A stretch of DNA of 64,000 nt from Bacteroidales bacterium (lineage in GTDB: Bacteria; Bacteroidota; Bacteroidia; Bacteroidales; UBA10428): assembly GCA_035913795.1 (NCBI GenBank), contig JAMIIA010000174.1:50325-114324 (forward strand), given 5' to 3'. A program made the translations under genes and the position numbers. Shown in pieces: positions 17,388 through 29,100 of this stretch; position 1 is the stretch's first letter; each line of letters begins with the position of its first letter. The notes beneath the pieces were generated by a model. It worked only from the letters and a program-made list of their open reading frames with translations, did no database searches and was not told the origin of the DNA.

Positions 17388-18710
17388 ATGAAGAAATTAG
17401 GTTTATTATTCTTGGCATTTTATTCTCTGGCAGTTCAGGCCCAGGAGAATAAAGAAGCCCCAAAATTTGGTATCAGCTTTACGGGATTTGTAAAAACAGA
17501 TATTTTTTACGATACCCGCCAAACCGTGAATATCCGCGAAGGGCATTTTTTACTTTATCCAGAAGATATCGCCCCAGATGCCAATAAGAATGATATCAAT
17601 GATAAGTCAACTTTTAACATGCTTTCCATTCAATCGAGGTTAAAAGGTTCTATTACTGGCCCCGATGCTTTTGGGGCAAAAACTTCGGGCGTGTTGGAAG
17701 CCGATTTCTTTGGTAACGAAAACACCAGCTTTGGCGATTTAAATGGTTTCCGTTTGCGACATGCCTTTGTGAAGCTGAACTGGAAATCGACCGAATTGTT
17801 GGTTGGCCAATACTGGCATCCGATGTTTATTGCCGAATCGTTTCCGGGTACTGTATCGTTCAATACAGGTGCGCCTTTTCAACCCTTTTCGCGTAATCCG
17901 CAAATAAGACTTAGTAAAACTTTCGGAGGCTTGAAATTAATTGGTTGCCTGTTCACGCAACGCGATTTTACCAGCTCGGGCCCTGAATACGTTAAAAATG
18001 CCACCAATGAGTACAACGCCGTTACAGTTGCGAGTTCCAAATACATGCGGAATGCAGCTGTTCCGAATGCACATTTTCAGGTGCAGTTCGCACCCGACTC
18101 GTCGGAACATTTATTTGGTGCAGGAATTGATTATAAAACCCTACTGCCCGAGCTTTATACGGTTGATAATACCAAAAAACTGCAATATAAATCGTCTGAA
18201 ACGATTGGCAGTTTTTCTGCAATAGCCTTTGCTAAATTCAAATTTAAACCTGTATCGATCCGTATAGAGGGTGTTTTTGCACAGAATGCATTCGACATGG
18301 CCATGATTGGCGGCTATGCTGTGCAGCAGGTGAATGATTCGCTCACCGGTGCAAAAAGCTTTACGAATCTGAACACAGCCTCTGTTTGGCTCGATATGAA
18401 TACACATGGGAAAAAAATTCAGTTTGGGCTTTTTACCGGGTATACTAAGAATCTGGGCACAGAAGACAACATCCAAAAAGATAGTTACTATAAAAAAGAA
18501 ACTTACTATGCGAGAGGCTCTAATATTGATAATGTATACAGAGTGGCCCCACGGGTTGTGTTTATAGCCGGAAAGTTAGATATAGCGTTTGAACTTGAAC
18601 ACACAGTTGCCACCTATGGTATTGCCAATGGCGATGGCCAGGGCCGTGTTACAAGCGGGAAAGATGTATCGAATACCAGAGGACTTTTAGCCTTTGTATA
18701 TAAATTCTAG
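17388..18710 (+). CDS. DcaP-like outer-membrane porin
   Basis: Signal peptide; GFVKTD, QSRL, FRLRHAFVKL, LLVGQYWHPMF, RNPQIR; C-terminal aromatic YKF. Confidence 0.7.
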   Translation: MKKLGLLFLAFYSLAVQAQENKEAPKFGISFTGFVKTDIFYDTRQTVNIREGHFLLYPEDIAPDANKNDINDKSTFNMLSIQSRLKGSITGPDAFGAKTSGVLEADFFGNENTSFGDLNGFRLRHAFVKLNWKSTELLVGQYWHPMFIAESFPGTVSFNTGAPFQPFSRNPQIRLSKTFGGLKLIGCLFTQRDFTSSGPEYVKNATNEYNAVTVASSKYMRNAAVPNAHFQVQFAPDSSEHLFGAGIDYKTLLPELYTVDNTKKLQYKSSETIGSFSAIAFAKFKFKPVSIRIEGVFAQNAFDMAMIGGYAVQQVNDSLTGAKSFTNLNTASVWLDMNTHGKKIQFGLFTGYTKNLGTEDNIQKDSYYKKETYYARGSNIDNVYRVAPRVVFIAGKLDIAFELEHTVATYGIANGDGQGRVTSGKDVSNTRGLLAFVYKF

Positions 18711-18734
18711 TACAATCTTATTTAAGTAATTGCT

Positions 18735-18776
18735 AAAACCCTGAGTAATTGCCTGTAGGCTTACTCAGGGTTTTTT
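18735..18776. terminator. Bidirectional intrinsic terminator
   Basis: AAAACCCTGAGTAA...TTACTCAGGGTTTTTT between convergent genes. Confidence 0.8.
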
Positions 18777-18855
18777 ATGGAACACCTGGTTTGCAAACAA
18801 TCGAAAGTTTTTATAAGAGGGGTTATAATGCATTATTTTTTGTGGTCTGCAAGTG

Positions 18856-20850
18856 TCAGGTAGTTTTTTTCATGAGGGGAAACTTTAAAGTAACAGTAGT
18901 TCCTTTGTTAATTTCAGAATCAAGCTCAATGGTTCCATTGTACTCCCTGAGGATGTTATAGCTGATTGAGAGACCCAGTCCGGCACCTTTGCCCGGATCT
19001 TTGGTTGTAAAGAACGGATCAAGAACTTTAGACAGATTTTCTTTACTTATACCGCATCCGTTATCTTCAATATTCAGGTTGAATTTATCTTCTACGCAGG
19101 CTGTTGTAATTGTAATTTTTCCGGCACTCTCAATGGATTGAACGGCATTTAGCAGAATATTAAAAATGGCCTGTTGCAGCTTGTTTTCGTTGAAAAAAAC
19201 CGCATGAGGTTTCGATGTATATTTTCTTGCAATCTCTACTTTCTGTTTAACCTGTTCCTGAAGCATATCAAGGCAATTATCAATCACAGCATGTGCATCG
19301 CATTCTGTAGCTGGTTTATTGCTACTAAAGCTATAGTGATTGAGGCTGGTAACTATGGCAGCTGCTCTATCAATGCCTATGTTCATGGCGTGTAAAAGCG
19401 GAGACAGCTCTTCGAGATGAGTAGTAAGCTTTTCGCTTAAGTAACTTTCTATACCAGCAATGCCTCCTTTAATGTAATTTAATGGATTATTTATTTCATG
19501 GGCTACTCCAGAAGCCAGCACACCAATTGAGGCCATCTTTTCGGCATGAATAAGCTGTTTCTGAATTTTTTGAAGATTTGTCAATGCCATTTCAAGATTG
19601 TTGCGTTGGGCATGAAGTTCTTCGTTGGTTATGGAGAGCTCTTCATTCAGAGTTTCGATTTCAGAGTTTCGTTCCGCAAGGTTACGATTGAGTTCCTTAT
19701 TTCTTTTTAAACTTTTAAGAGTAACAAAAAGTAAGAACAGAATAACAAATAATAGAGCAGTACCGAAAATTAAAATAGCTTTTTGAGTTCGGATTTCTTT
19801 CTCCTGTAGCGAGTTTATTTGCCGGAGATACTCGATTTTTTGAATCTCCTTTTCAGCATTCGCCAGATTTCTTAATTGGTCAAACTGCTTAACCCGCGAT
19901 GCATGTATGAGGCTATCTCTTAGTAAGGCATATTTATCGCGAAATAGATAGGCTTCATAGTACATCTTTTTGTCGCTGTAATAATCGGAGTATAGTTTCA
20001 GAAGTCTGGTTTTCAGATGTCCCGCATTGATATCATAGATGATTTTTTCAGCCTCGTTTAAATGAGCCAATGCTTTAGGGTAATTTTCGATTGTTAAATA
20101 CACTTCGGCAAGGTTGCATAAATTCTGCGCCTCTTCGTAGTTGTTGTAGAGTGATCGGTTTAATTCCAGGGCTTGAGTTAGATAGGCAAGGGCACTATTG
20201 TAATTGTTTTCCAGAAAAAGCAGGTTTCCAAGGTTGTTTAGATTATGCGCCTTTGATCGAAGGGCTCCAGTTTCAGTATTTATTTCTAAGGCCTTTTTAT
20301 AAGCATTTTTGGCTAAATCGTATTGCTTTAAACCTCTATGGCTCACACCCAGGTTGTTTAATACTGAAGCTTTTTGGGCCCTGTCACCGTTTATCTTTTC
20401 TAATATGTTTAAAGCAAGCTCAAAATATTGAACAGCCCTTTCATAATGATCGAGACTGTTTAATATCAAGCCGATGTTATTGTATTCCCTAATCACCGAT
20501 TCAATATCTCCGAGTTTATCTTTGATGCTTAGCGATAAAAAGTAATTTTCCAGCGCACTGTTGTAATCGCCCAAATAATACTGAGCTACTGCTTTCCGGC
20601 TAATGGAATGGGCAAGCCTTGCCGAGTCGTGAATACTTATGGAGAGTTCAATCGATGAGTCGGAATAAGGAAGAGTATATTCTGGTTGAATAGCAGAGAA
20701 TTCGGTAATACCCTTGTTGAGCAAATCAATTTTAGAGGAGTCTGCAATATCTTGCTGCAACACATGGCTTAAAGAATCCAACACATTCACCTGAGCAAAG
20801 GCAGTATGCTGAACGAAAATAAATGCCAGTAATGCTAAAAAAAGTTTCAT
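18856..20850 (-). CDS. TPR-sensor histidine kinase (NtrB-like HisKA/HATPase_c)
   Basis: Signal peptide, TPR repeats, TM segment, [27 protein letters not shown] and [16 protein letters not shown]. Confidence 0.9.
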   Translation of the reverse strand: MKLFLALLAFIFVQHTAFAQVNVLDSLSHVLQQDIADSSKIDLLNKGITEFSAIQPEYTLPYSDSSIELSISIHDSARLAHSISRKAVAQYYLGDYNSALENYFLSLSIKDKLGDIESVIREYNNIGLILNSLDHYERAVQYFELALNILEKINGDRAQKASVLNNLGVSHRGLKQYDLAKNAYKKALEINTETGALRSKAHNLNNLGNLLFLENNYNSALAYLTQALELNRSLYNNYEEAQNLCNLAEVYLTIENYPKALAHLNEAEKIIYDINAGHLKTRLLKLYSDYYSDKKMYYEAYLFRDKYALLRDSLIHASRVKQFDQLRNLANAEKEIQKIEYLRQINSLQEKEIRTQKAILIFGTALLFVILFLLFVTLKSLKRNKELNRNLAERNSEIETLNEELSITNEELHAQRNNLEMALTNLQKIQKQLIHAEKMASIGVLASGVAHEINNPLNYIKGGIAGIESYLSEKLTTHLEELSPLLHAMNIGIDRAAAIVTSLNHYSFSSNKPATECDAHAVIDNCLDMLQEQVKQKVEIARKYTSKPHAVFFNENKLQQAIFNILLNAVQSIESAGKITITTACVEDKFNLNIEDNGCGISKENLSKVLDPFFTTKDPGKGAGLGLSISYNILREYNGTIELDSEINKGTTVTLKFPLMKKTT

Positions 20851-21031
20851 GAAATAACTTTAATCTACAAGGTATAAAAATTTTTGCCTTATTCTGCTTT
20901 TTACCATAACCAAAAGCATTATAGCATTCTTGTGCGCTTGGCTTTGAATATCGAAAACAGAAAAAAAGTTAGTTTTGGAGTTCCTGTTTAGAAACCGGTT
21001 TATTAATTTAAGATTTTACAAGGTTTTAGAA

Positions 21032-22741
21032 TCAGAGCGATAGTAAATAACTTACCAGATTGGTATCAGTATTAGTGAGTTCAAGTTTTTTTCGCAGGCG
21101 GGTGCGCGAAACTTCCACGCTTTTAATATTTTGGTGGGTTATAGCAACAATTTCTTTCGAACTCATGTTCAAGCGTAAAAAAGCACACAGGCGCTCTTCT
21201 GCCGGACTAAGATCAGGATGTTTGTTTCGAAGATTTTGATAAAACTGACTGTGCACCTGCTGAAAACGGTATTCGAATTCCTGCCACACCTCGTTGCCAA
21301 CTTCTTTCTCAAGTTCATTGATTATATCCATTATTGGCTTTTGATATTCGGGTAGAAGTTTCTGGTGCAAAATCATTAATCGTTTGGCAACATTATTTAT
21401 TAATTCGTTTTTCCTTACAAGGTACATTACATCAGTGGTAAGCTCGCGGTTTTTGGTATCGATATCCAGCTCAAGTTTTACATTTTCAAGTTCGATTTTG
21501 CGTTTCCTTATTCGTTGTTTAAAAAATAAAAAGCTTATCGCCAAAAGAAATAATGCCAGGGTGGAGATTAAAACATTGTATTTCGAGCTTAGCTTTTGTT
21601 TCTCAATGAGTGCCTGTTTGTCGAATTTTTCGAGTTCAAATTCTTTTTGCAAGCGCGAAATTTCGTTGAGCTTATCAGTATTTATTACGCTGTCGCTTAA
21701 TTGTTTAAATTCTTTATGAGCATAAAGTGCTAATTGATAGTTGTGGGTTTTCTCATAAATTTCAGCCAGGAGTAATTTGGCGTAAAGTTGCGATTCGAGC
21801 GAACCAAGTTCTTGTGCAATTTCGAGCGATTTAGTTGCAGCAGCTTCGGCACTGTCGAGCTCATTAGCAAGAATGTAATACGAACATAAAAAATAGTACG
21901 ATTTGGCCAACCCTTTCTTGTCATCAGCTTTTAGCCTGGCTTCAAGCGATTTTCCTAAGTAATACCTAGCTTTTTTTAAATCGTTAAATTCGTTGAGATT
22001 TAACTTTCCAAGGTTATTGTTTATTAAGCCTATGGCAATATTGTCATTGTTGGCTTCGGCGATTTCCAAACCCTTGTTGTAATATTCGATGGCCGTAGTA
22101 TTGTTGCCCTGAGAGTTATAAATATTGCCGATGTTATTAAACATAATCGACGAAATGCGGCTAATCTTTTTATCGAGTGGTGTAGGAAAATTGTTGAGAA
22201 TATGCAAGGCTTTAAAGTAGTTTTCGAGGGCCTGTGTGTAATCACCTAATCGGTCGTATAAAGCACCACAATTATTATAAATACTTAAAAGCTCTTTCTG
22301 GTATTTTTTCGAATGGGTACTAAAATACCGTTCTCCGGCAAAGAAAAAATTTAAAGAAGAACTGTAATCGCCAATTTCAAAATATATTTTCCCTTTTTGT
22401 ACACTAAATATGGCCTGCCAGAAATCGTTTTTTGCCTGCACAGCCAGGTCATAACCAATCTGGGCATCTTTTAGGGCCGAATCATAATCGAATTGATAGT
22501 AATAATCTGATAAGTCGCGGTATAAACTTAGTTTCACCGTATCAATAGTGCTGTTCCTAATTCCTACCTGCATGCTGTCAACTTTAAGTTGATTCTGTGC
22601 CATCAGAAAGTTAGTTAACAACAGCATCGCCAAACCAGTAGTAGGAACTCTTAAAAAAAAATTCATTTTTACCTTCAAATGTATTTTGGTTAAATGTATT
22701 GATGAATTCCCGAATATCAAAAGTTTCATTTTAGTACCCAT
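21032..22741 (-). CDS. TPR-TM-LuxR-like HTH one-component regulator
   Basis: TPR repeats, TM YNVLISTLALFLLAISFLFF, C-terminal LSPAEERLCAFLRLNMSSKEI...SVEVSRTRLRKKL. True start may be 22666. Confidence 0.85.
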   Translation of the reverse strand: MGTKMKLLIFGNSSIHLTKIHLKVKMNFFLRVPTTGLAMLLLTNFLMAQNQLKVDSMQVGIRNSTIDTVKLSLYRDLSDYYYQFDYDSALKDAQIGYDLAVQAKNDFWQAIFSVQKGKIYFEIGDYSSSLNFFFAGERYFSTHSKKYQKELLSIYNNCGALYDRLGDYTQALENYFKALHILNNFPTPLDKKISRISSIMFNNIGNIYNSQGNNTTAIEYYNKGLEIAEANNDNIAIGLINNNLGKLNLNEFNDLKKARYYLGKSLEARLKADDKKGLAKSYYFLCSYYILANELDSAEAAATKSLEIAQELGSLESQLYAKLLLAEIYEKTHNYQLALYAHKEFKQLSDSVINTDKLNEISRLQKEFELEKFDKQALIEKQKLSSKYNVLISTLALFLLAISFLFFKQRIRKRKIELENVKLELDIDTKNRELTTDVMYLVRKNELINNVAKRLMILHQKLLPEYQKPIMDIINELEKEVGNEVWQEFEYRFQQVHSQFYQNLRNKHPDLSPAEERLCAFLRLNMSSKEIVAITHQNIKSVEVSRTRLRKKLELTNTDTNLVSYLLSL

Positions 22742-23164
22742 ACAATTACCTAGGCATTGGAAGAAAACTCAATTTACCAATAAAAAATGGAAATACTTTG
22801 CGTGTTGCCTTGTATTGGTAATTTATGAAGCAGAAATAGGTTTTGTGGAGTTTTAGTAGTGGTATTTCAAGGCAGACAGAGTAAAAAAACTTTGGTAGTT
22901 ATTTGTTTTGTATTGTTTTTAGTGCATGGTTTTTTTTGAAGCTTTAAATAGGGTCAATTACCTTGGTCAATTCATACTATAAGAATGAAAATCTCTACAA
23001 AACACCAGGTCGATAGACTTATCGAGGATTTGGAACTCAAAAATCAGGCGCTTACGAAAATATTACTGGAATCTGAAAAGGCAAGAAAGAAAAACTTCAA
23101 TCAGCCACAACAGGTCACAAATATTGCCAACCCAAATAACAACCTTATTAAATTCTTTTCTGCT

Positions 23165-26100
23165 ATGAAAGCGAAATTTTTTACTATCCGGTTTATTGTT
23201 TTTTTAACCATTGCATCTGCTTTTATTTTGAGTGTAGATGCTCAAACTTTTGAAAATGGCGTAATGAAAGGTGTGGTTCGAGTAAAGCTCGATCCAAAAC
23301 TTGTGACAGCTCAAACCGGTATCAAGCCTTTTTCTAAGAAAGGAATTGTGTATACAGGCATACAGCAGCTCGATAATGTGAATACTTCGATTAAATCAAC
23401 CTCGGTTAAAAGGGTTTTTGCTTACTCCGAAAAGTTTGAAGAAAGGCACCGCAAATATGGTTTGCACCTTTGGTACGAGATACAATATTCTGAAGCTTTA
23501 AGTGCTACTGAGGTGGCAAAAGCCTATGCAGGTGTATCTGGAGTAATTGAATCGGAGCCTGTGTACGAAAAAAAGCTTATTGATAAGGTATTATCTACAC
23601 AAGCCACTGATGTTACTGCATGGTCGGGCAATTTCAACGACCCGTATCTTCCAGATCAGTGGCATTACAACAATACAGGACAAACAGGTGGAACCATTGG
23701 CGCTGACATCAACTTATACGAAGCATGGGAAACTTCAACGGGTTCGCCCAAAGTAATAGTTTCGGTGCATGATGTGGGTATTGATTATTCACACGAAGAT
23801 CTTGCCTCAAATATGTGGGTAAACCAGGCTGAATTCAATGGCACAAAAGGTGTGGACGATGATGGGAATGGATACCTCGATGACATTTACGGGTTTAATT
23901 TTGTGGATAATTATGGGGAGATTACCCCAGGCGACCATGCAACTCATGTTGCCGGCATTATTGGTGCAGTCAATAACAATGGCATCGGAATAAGTGGTAT
24001 TGCAGGTGGCACCAACCACAACGATGGTGTTAAACTTATGTCGTGCCAGATAATCGGCGGTTATGCTCGTGTGGAAGAGTCGTTCATTTATGCTGCCGAT
24101 AATGGCGCTGTTATATCGCAGAATAGTTGGGGATATTCCTATCCTGGATCGGTAGAGCAGGTAGTGCTTGATGCTATTGATTATTTTATAGCCGAAGCGG
24201 GTAATTTTTCCGGAAGTCTGATGAAAGGTGGAGTTGTTATTTTTGCAGCAGGAAATGCTAACTGGGATGCCGATTTTTGGCCAGGGTACTATGAAAATGT
24301 GATTTCTGTATCGGCCTTAAACCACAACAATGTTAAGGCGGAATATTCTAATTATGGATCGTGGGTAGACATAGCTGCACCTGGTGGAGATTATAGCAAT
24401 GGTATTGCAACCAATGTACTCAGTACCCTTGCCAATAACAACTACGGTTATATGGAAGGCACTTCGATGGCCTGTCCGCATGTTTCGGGCGTTGCGGCTC
24501 TTGTTGTTGCTGCAAATAATAACCAAAACTTTACCAACACAGCTTTAAAAAACCATTTGTTAACAGCCTACCGGTTAATCGATACCATAACTGCCAATGA
24601 GTCTTTTGCCGGCAAACTTGGAATTGGTGTAATCGATGCGGCATTGGCAGTGGCTTTCGACAGCGGCATTGCACCCAATGCCATTGCCAATTTAAATGTA
24701 ACAGGTACTTCCCAGGATTTTGCAACCCTCCAATGGTCAGTGCCCGCGGATGGCGATGACGATAAGCCAATTGGATTCGAGGTTTTGTATTCTTTGCAGA
24801 ACATTACTCCGGCAACCATTCAGTTTGCAAAAACAAAGCTTATCGATAATAGTCAAAGTGTAGGCATCTTAGTAAATGCCGAAGTCAACGCTCTTATTCC
24901 ATTATCTACTTACTTTTTTGCAGTTCGTTCAATCGATCGTTGGGGAAATATTTCAAACCTGTCCAATATTGTATCGGCCAATACCAACGAAGGTCCTAAT
25001 GCCAGTGTTGACCGATCGGATCTTAGCATTCACATCGATGCTTCTGTTTCACTCATTGGTTCCGATACCATTAACCTCCTTAATTCCGGACAGGGAATTT
25101 TGCGTTGGACGGCCGATGCACGTCACGTTTCTCAAATCGATCAGTACAACAATACTCACATTCATTACCCCAAGCTTAAACAGCCGCTGGGTGATAAAAG
25201 AATTTCGGTTTCATCGAATGAATTGACCAGAGAAAATAAAATAGTTCCCATGGGGCAGCAATATGAGTATAACGAACTTAACTATTGCGATTATTCGAGG
25301 GGTTTATTTATTCTGGGCGAAACCAATCTAAACTATACCAACTCTTCTGCAACAAGGTTTTTTGTTACCGATGCCAATGGTTTTAACCTTACCCAGGTTC
25401 AGGCCTTGCTTAAGCAAGACAATGTTTTCGGGCCTATCGTTTTAGAAGTTTATTTGGGCGAAAGCATTTACAATTCCCGTTTAGTTTATGCGCAGGAAGT
25501 ATACAGCTATAGCAAAACAGAATATCAGCATAGTATTGATCTGGAGGAGCAGCTCTTTTTTCAGCAGGGCGAATACTTTTGGCTTGTTTTTCATGTACCT
25601 GCAGGGAATTTATATCCGCTTGGCGCAGGTTTTGAGCTGGCAACCAACCACAGTAATAATTGTTTCTTCAGCCTAAATCTCGGACAGTCGTGGCAAAGGC
25701 TCGAGGATGTGTATTGGGACAACCGCCTTGTGTGGGCAGTTACTGCCATAAGTCAGTATAAAACACTCGGTGAATATATTAGCATTTTACCTGATAATGG
25801 CGATATAGCTTCAGCTGGTGCGCAACACATCGAGGTTTCAGTAGATGCCTCGAACCTTGTGAGTGGTATTTACAATTCGAACATAGTGCTTCAGACCAAC
25901 GAACCCGAAGAACAAATTATTCGAATTCCCATAAATCTGACCATAACAGGTCGGAAGCCAATTATTACCAGCAACGATATCACCGATTTTGGAGGAATAT
26001 TATACGGAAACGAAAAAACCGTTGACATTGCATTCCAAAACGAAGGATATGGACCTTTCGAGAACATAGCTGCATCGATTTCCGATTCGCAGTTTACAAT

Positions 26101-29100
26101 TGTGGGTTCGCCACCCTACAGCATTAGTGCACGAAGCGAACAGATGATTTCGATCACGTTCAAACCTTCGGCACCAGGCAACAGCAATGCCGTTCTAACC
26201 CTGTCGGACGATAAAGGAAACACCTTTACATTCAGCTTATTTGGTGTAGCAGCCCAACCTCCGGTAATCGCAATTTCCCCGGCCGATACTACCATCTCAG
26301 GCTTATCAATTGGCGATACAGTTACTTCAGAATTATACCTTATCAACCAGGGTAACTATCCGCTGAAATATTATTTTCCTTCGTTTGCCGATGGATCAAA
26401 CATTGATCAGGTTGACAAATACATTTCAAAATTCGGTTATTCTTCCTCTATTGATACAGCTTTGTTTGAGTGGAATGAAATTTCGTCGAATGGCACAAAA
26501 GTAACCGACGAATTTAAAATCGATGCAAAACGGTTTTCCGATCCGGTTTCTTTAGGCTTCAGTTTCCCCTTTTTCGGAAAACCGGAAACACAGGTGTTTA
26601 TTACCGATCGGTTTCTGTTATCCTTCGATCAGAATACTACCTTCAACGTGAGTCCGATACGTTTTAAGGATCAATATAGTCCTGACAGGTTTATCGGTGC
26701 CATTGGCTTGCAGTTTTACCCGGAAGTAAGTGGCGATGTATATTATAAATGCCTGCCCGACAGGTTTATTGTTGAGTATAAAAATGCAGCAATGTATTAT
26801 TCTGATCCGGTAACATGGCAATTGGAATATGTAAACATCGATGTTCAAATGGTATTGTTTGATAATGGCGACATCGGATTTTTTTATAATAATGTATCTT
26901 CTTTATATAATTCTAACGAGTTCAATTATGGTGCTTATATTGGAATCGAGGACCAAAATATCGACGATGGTTTACGCGTATACGATCAGAATTCGAATTA
27001 TCAAGACGGCAAATTTTGTCCTATCGACGATAGTGCAGCGGTTATAATCAAGAATCCGGGTATGGGAATTGTTAAGCAGCTGGATAATTCGTTCGGAACG
27101 ATTCAACCAGGCGATTCAGTAATGGTAAATTATACCATCGAAACTTCCGCTCTCTGGCAAGATAATTTTACCGAGCGCTTGAGCATTGTTTCAAACGATC
27201 CTTTTAATAATCCGGTATATTCAACCATTCACCTCAATATAACTAGCGGTGGTTTGCCGGAAGTATGCCTGAATACCGATACCCTCAATTTTGGAGACGT
27301 ATTCCAAACCGGCAAAAAGGCTTTATCTTTTATTGCTATCAACTCGGGTAGCCTTGCGGTAGATATCGATACAATGTATTTTGTTCAGAACGATTATGTT
27401 ATTTCGAACGGCCAGGTACCCATTGAATTAAAGGCAAAGCACTCCCTGATATTCGAAATTAGCGTTCTGACAGCAACCCTTGGAGTTAAAAATGATATCC
27501 TAATTATTAAAACCAACGATGGAGATTCGTTGCAATTAAGTTTGCTGGGTGAAATCATTGAAGCACCAATAATCTCAGTGGATTTAACTACCATTAATGA
27601 AACACTCAATCATGGCGATAGTACTTTGTTAAATTTTACTGTGAATAATACGGGTGGCAATAATCTCGAAATTTCACCTGTCGGAAACGATTGGCTTACT
27701 GTTTCCACCACAAAGCAACCAATTTCCTATAATTATTCAATGAGTTCAGGCAAAGAGCTGAATGGTCCTGTTTGCAACTGGGTAGATATATTACAAACCG
27801 GAACAGAACACTCTTCGACTCTGGATCCTTTCGATCCGCAAAAGTTATGGGGTACTTTGGCATTGCCCTTCCCTTTTAAATTTTATGGAATTGATTACGA
27901 TACGATATACTTTACTTTAAGCGGTTTATTGTCGTTTGATAATTCCAATGGCTCGGATCTGGCTTGGGGCCCGCCAAATACAATTCCTTCTATGGAGCTA
28001 CCCAATAACTTCATATCCCCATTATGGGCGTTTGGTGGTCCGGCATACAAAGTTTATTTCCCTGATGCAGGAATTTATACCATGGTTTTCAGCGATAAAG
28101 TTGTCATTACCTATCAGGATTTCTTGAACAACTTTGGCATGGGCGATCCGGTATCGTTTCAGGCTATACTGTATGCCGATGGTAAAATCAAATTTCAATA
28201 CAATATAACTGGTTCCGACATTACATCGAACCTAGCACTTATTGGCATTGAAAACCAGGATGGCACCAAAGGAAAACAGGCATCTTATCGCCAGTGGTTT
28301 GTTACCGATGATCTTGCTATTATTTTTATACCAGCCGATACCTACGAAGTCGAGCCAGCAGCCTCAGCTACATTCGATTTAAAAGTTTCTGCAAAAGAAC
28401 TTTACGGAGGGACCTACCAGGGTAAGCTGGCCATAAATAACAACACACCCGATACAGCCAACTATGAAATACCTGCAAGTCTGACAGTAATTGGCGAACC
28501 AATTCTCGAAGCGCCTGCTCACATTCAATTCGACACCATATTTGTATATGATACCATAGACGATTGGGGGATGCCCATACCAAAATCCCATATCCGCGAG
28601 TTTTTACTAAAAAATACGGGCACATCATTGGTAAGCGTATCTTCGATTTACCTGCTGCAAAATGTAGAAACTGTGGCAGAGTCGTATGTATGTATTCACG
28701 ATCCGTGGTTTGGGCTCTTGTGTTCCTGGGCAGATATTTCCACCGAAACTTTTCCTGTTGAGCTAAGACCAGGCGAACAGAAATCTTTCCGCGTGCGTAT
28801 TACACCCACCGGAAGTAATATTAACCTGAATGATACCCTGATTATTCAATCGAATGCATTGGTGAATGAACTCAAGATTCCGGTTTCGGCATTTGTTTCT
28901 CTGCCACCGGTACTCAATATACAGGATAATATAATTACCGTAATTGCTCATAATAGTTCGCACCAGGAGAATCGTAGTCTTAATCTGGATAATACTGCCG
29001 GTTCGGCCAATCTGAACTATAGTCTGTCTCTTAAATTCGAACGAACCGGAAGCGAACCTTCTGCCGCAAGTTTGAGTGCTGTAAAGACACTGTTTGGCGA

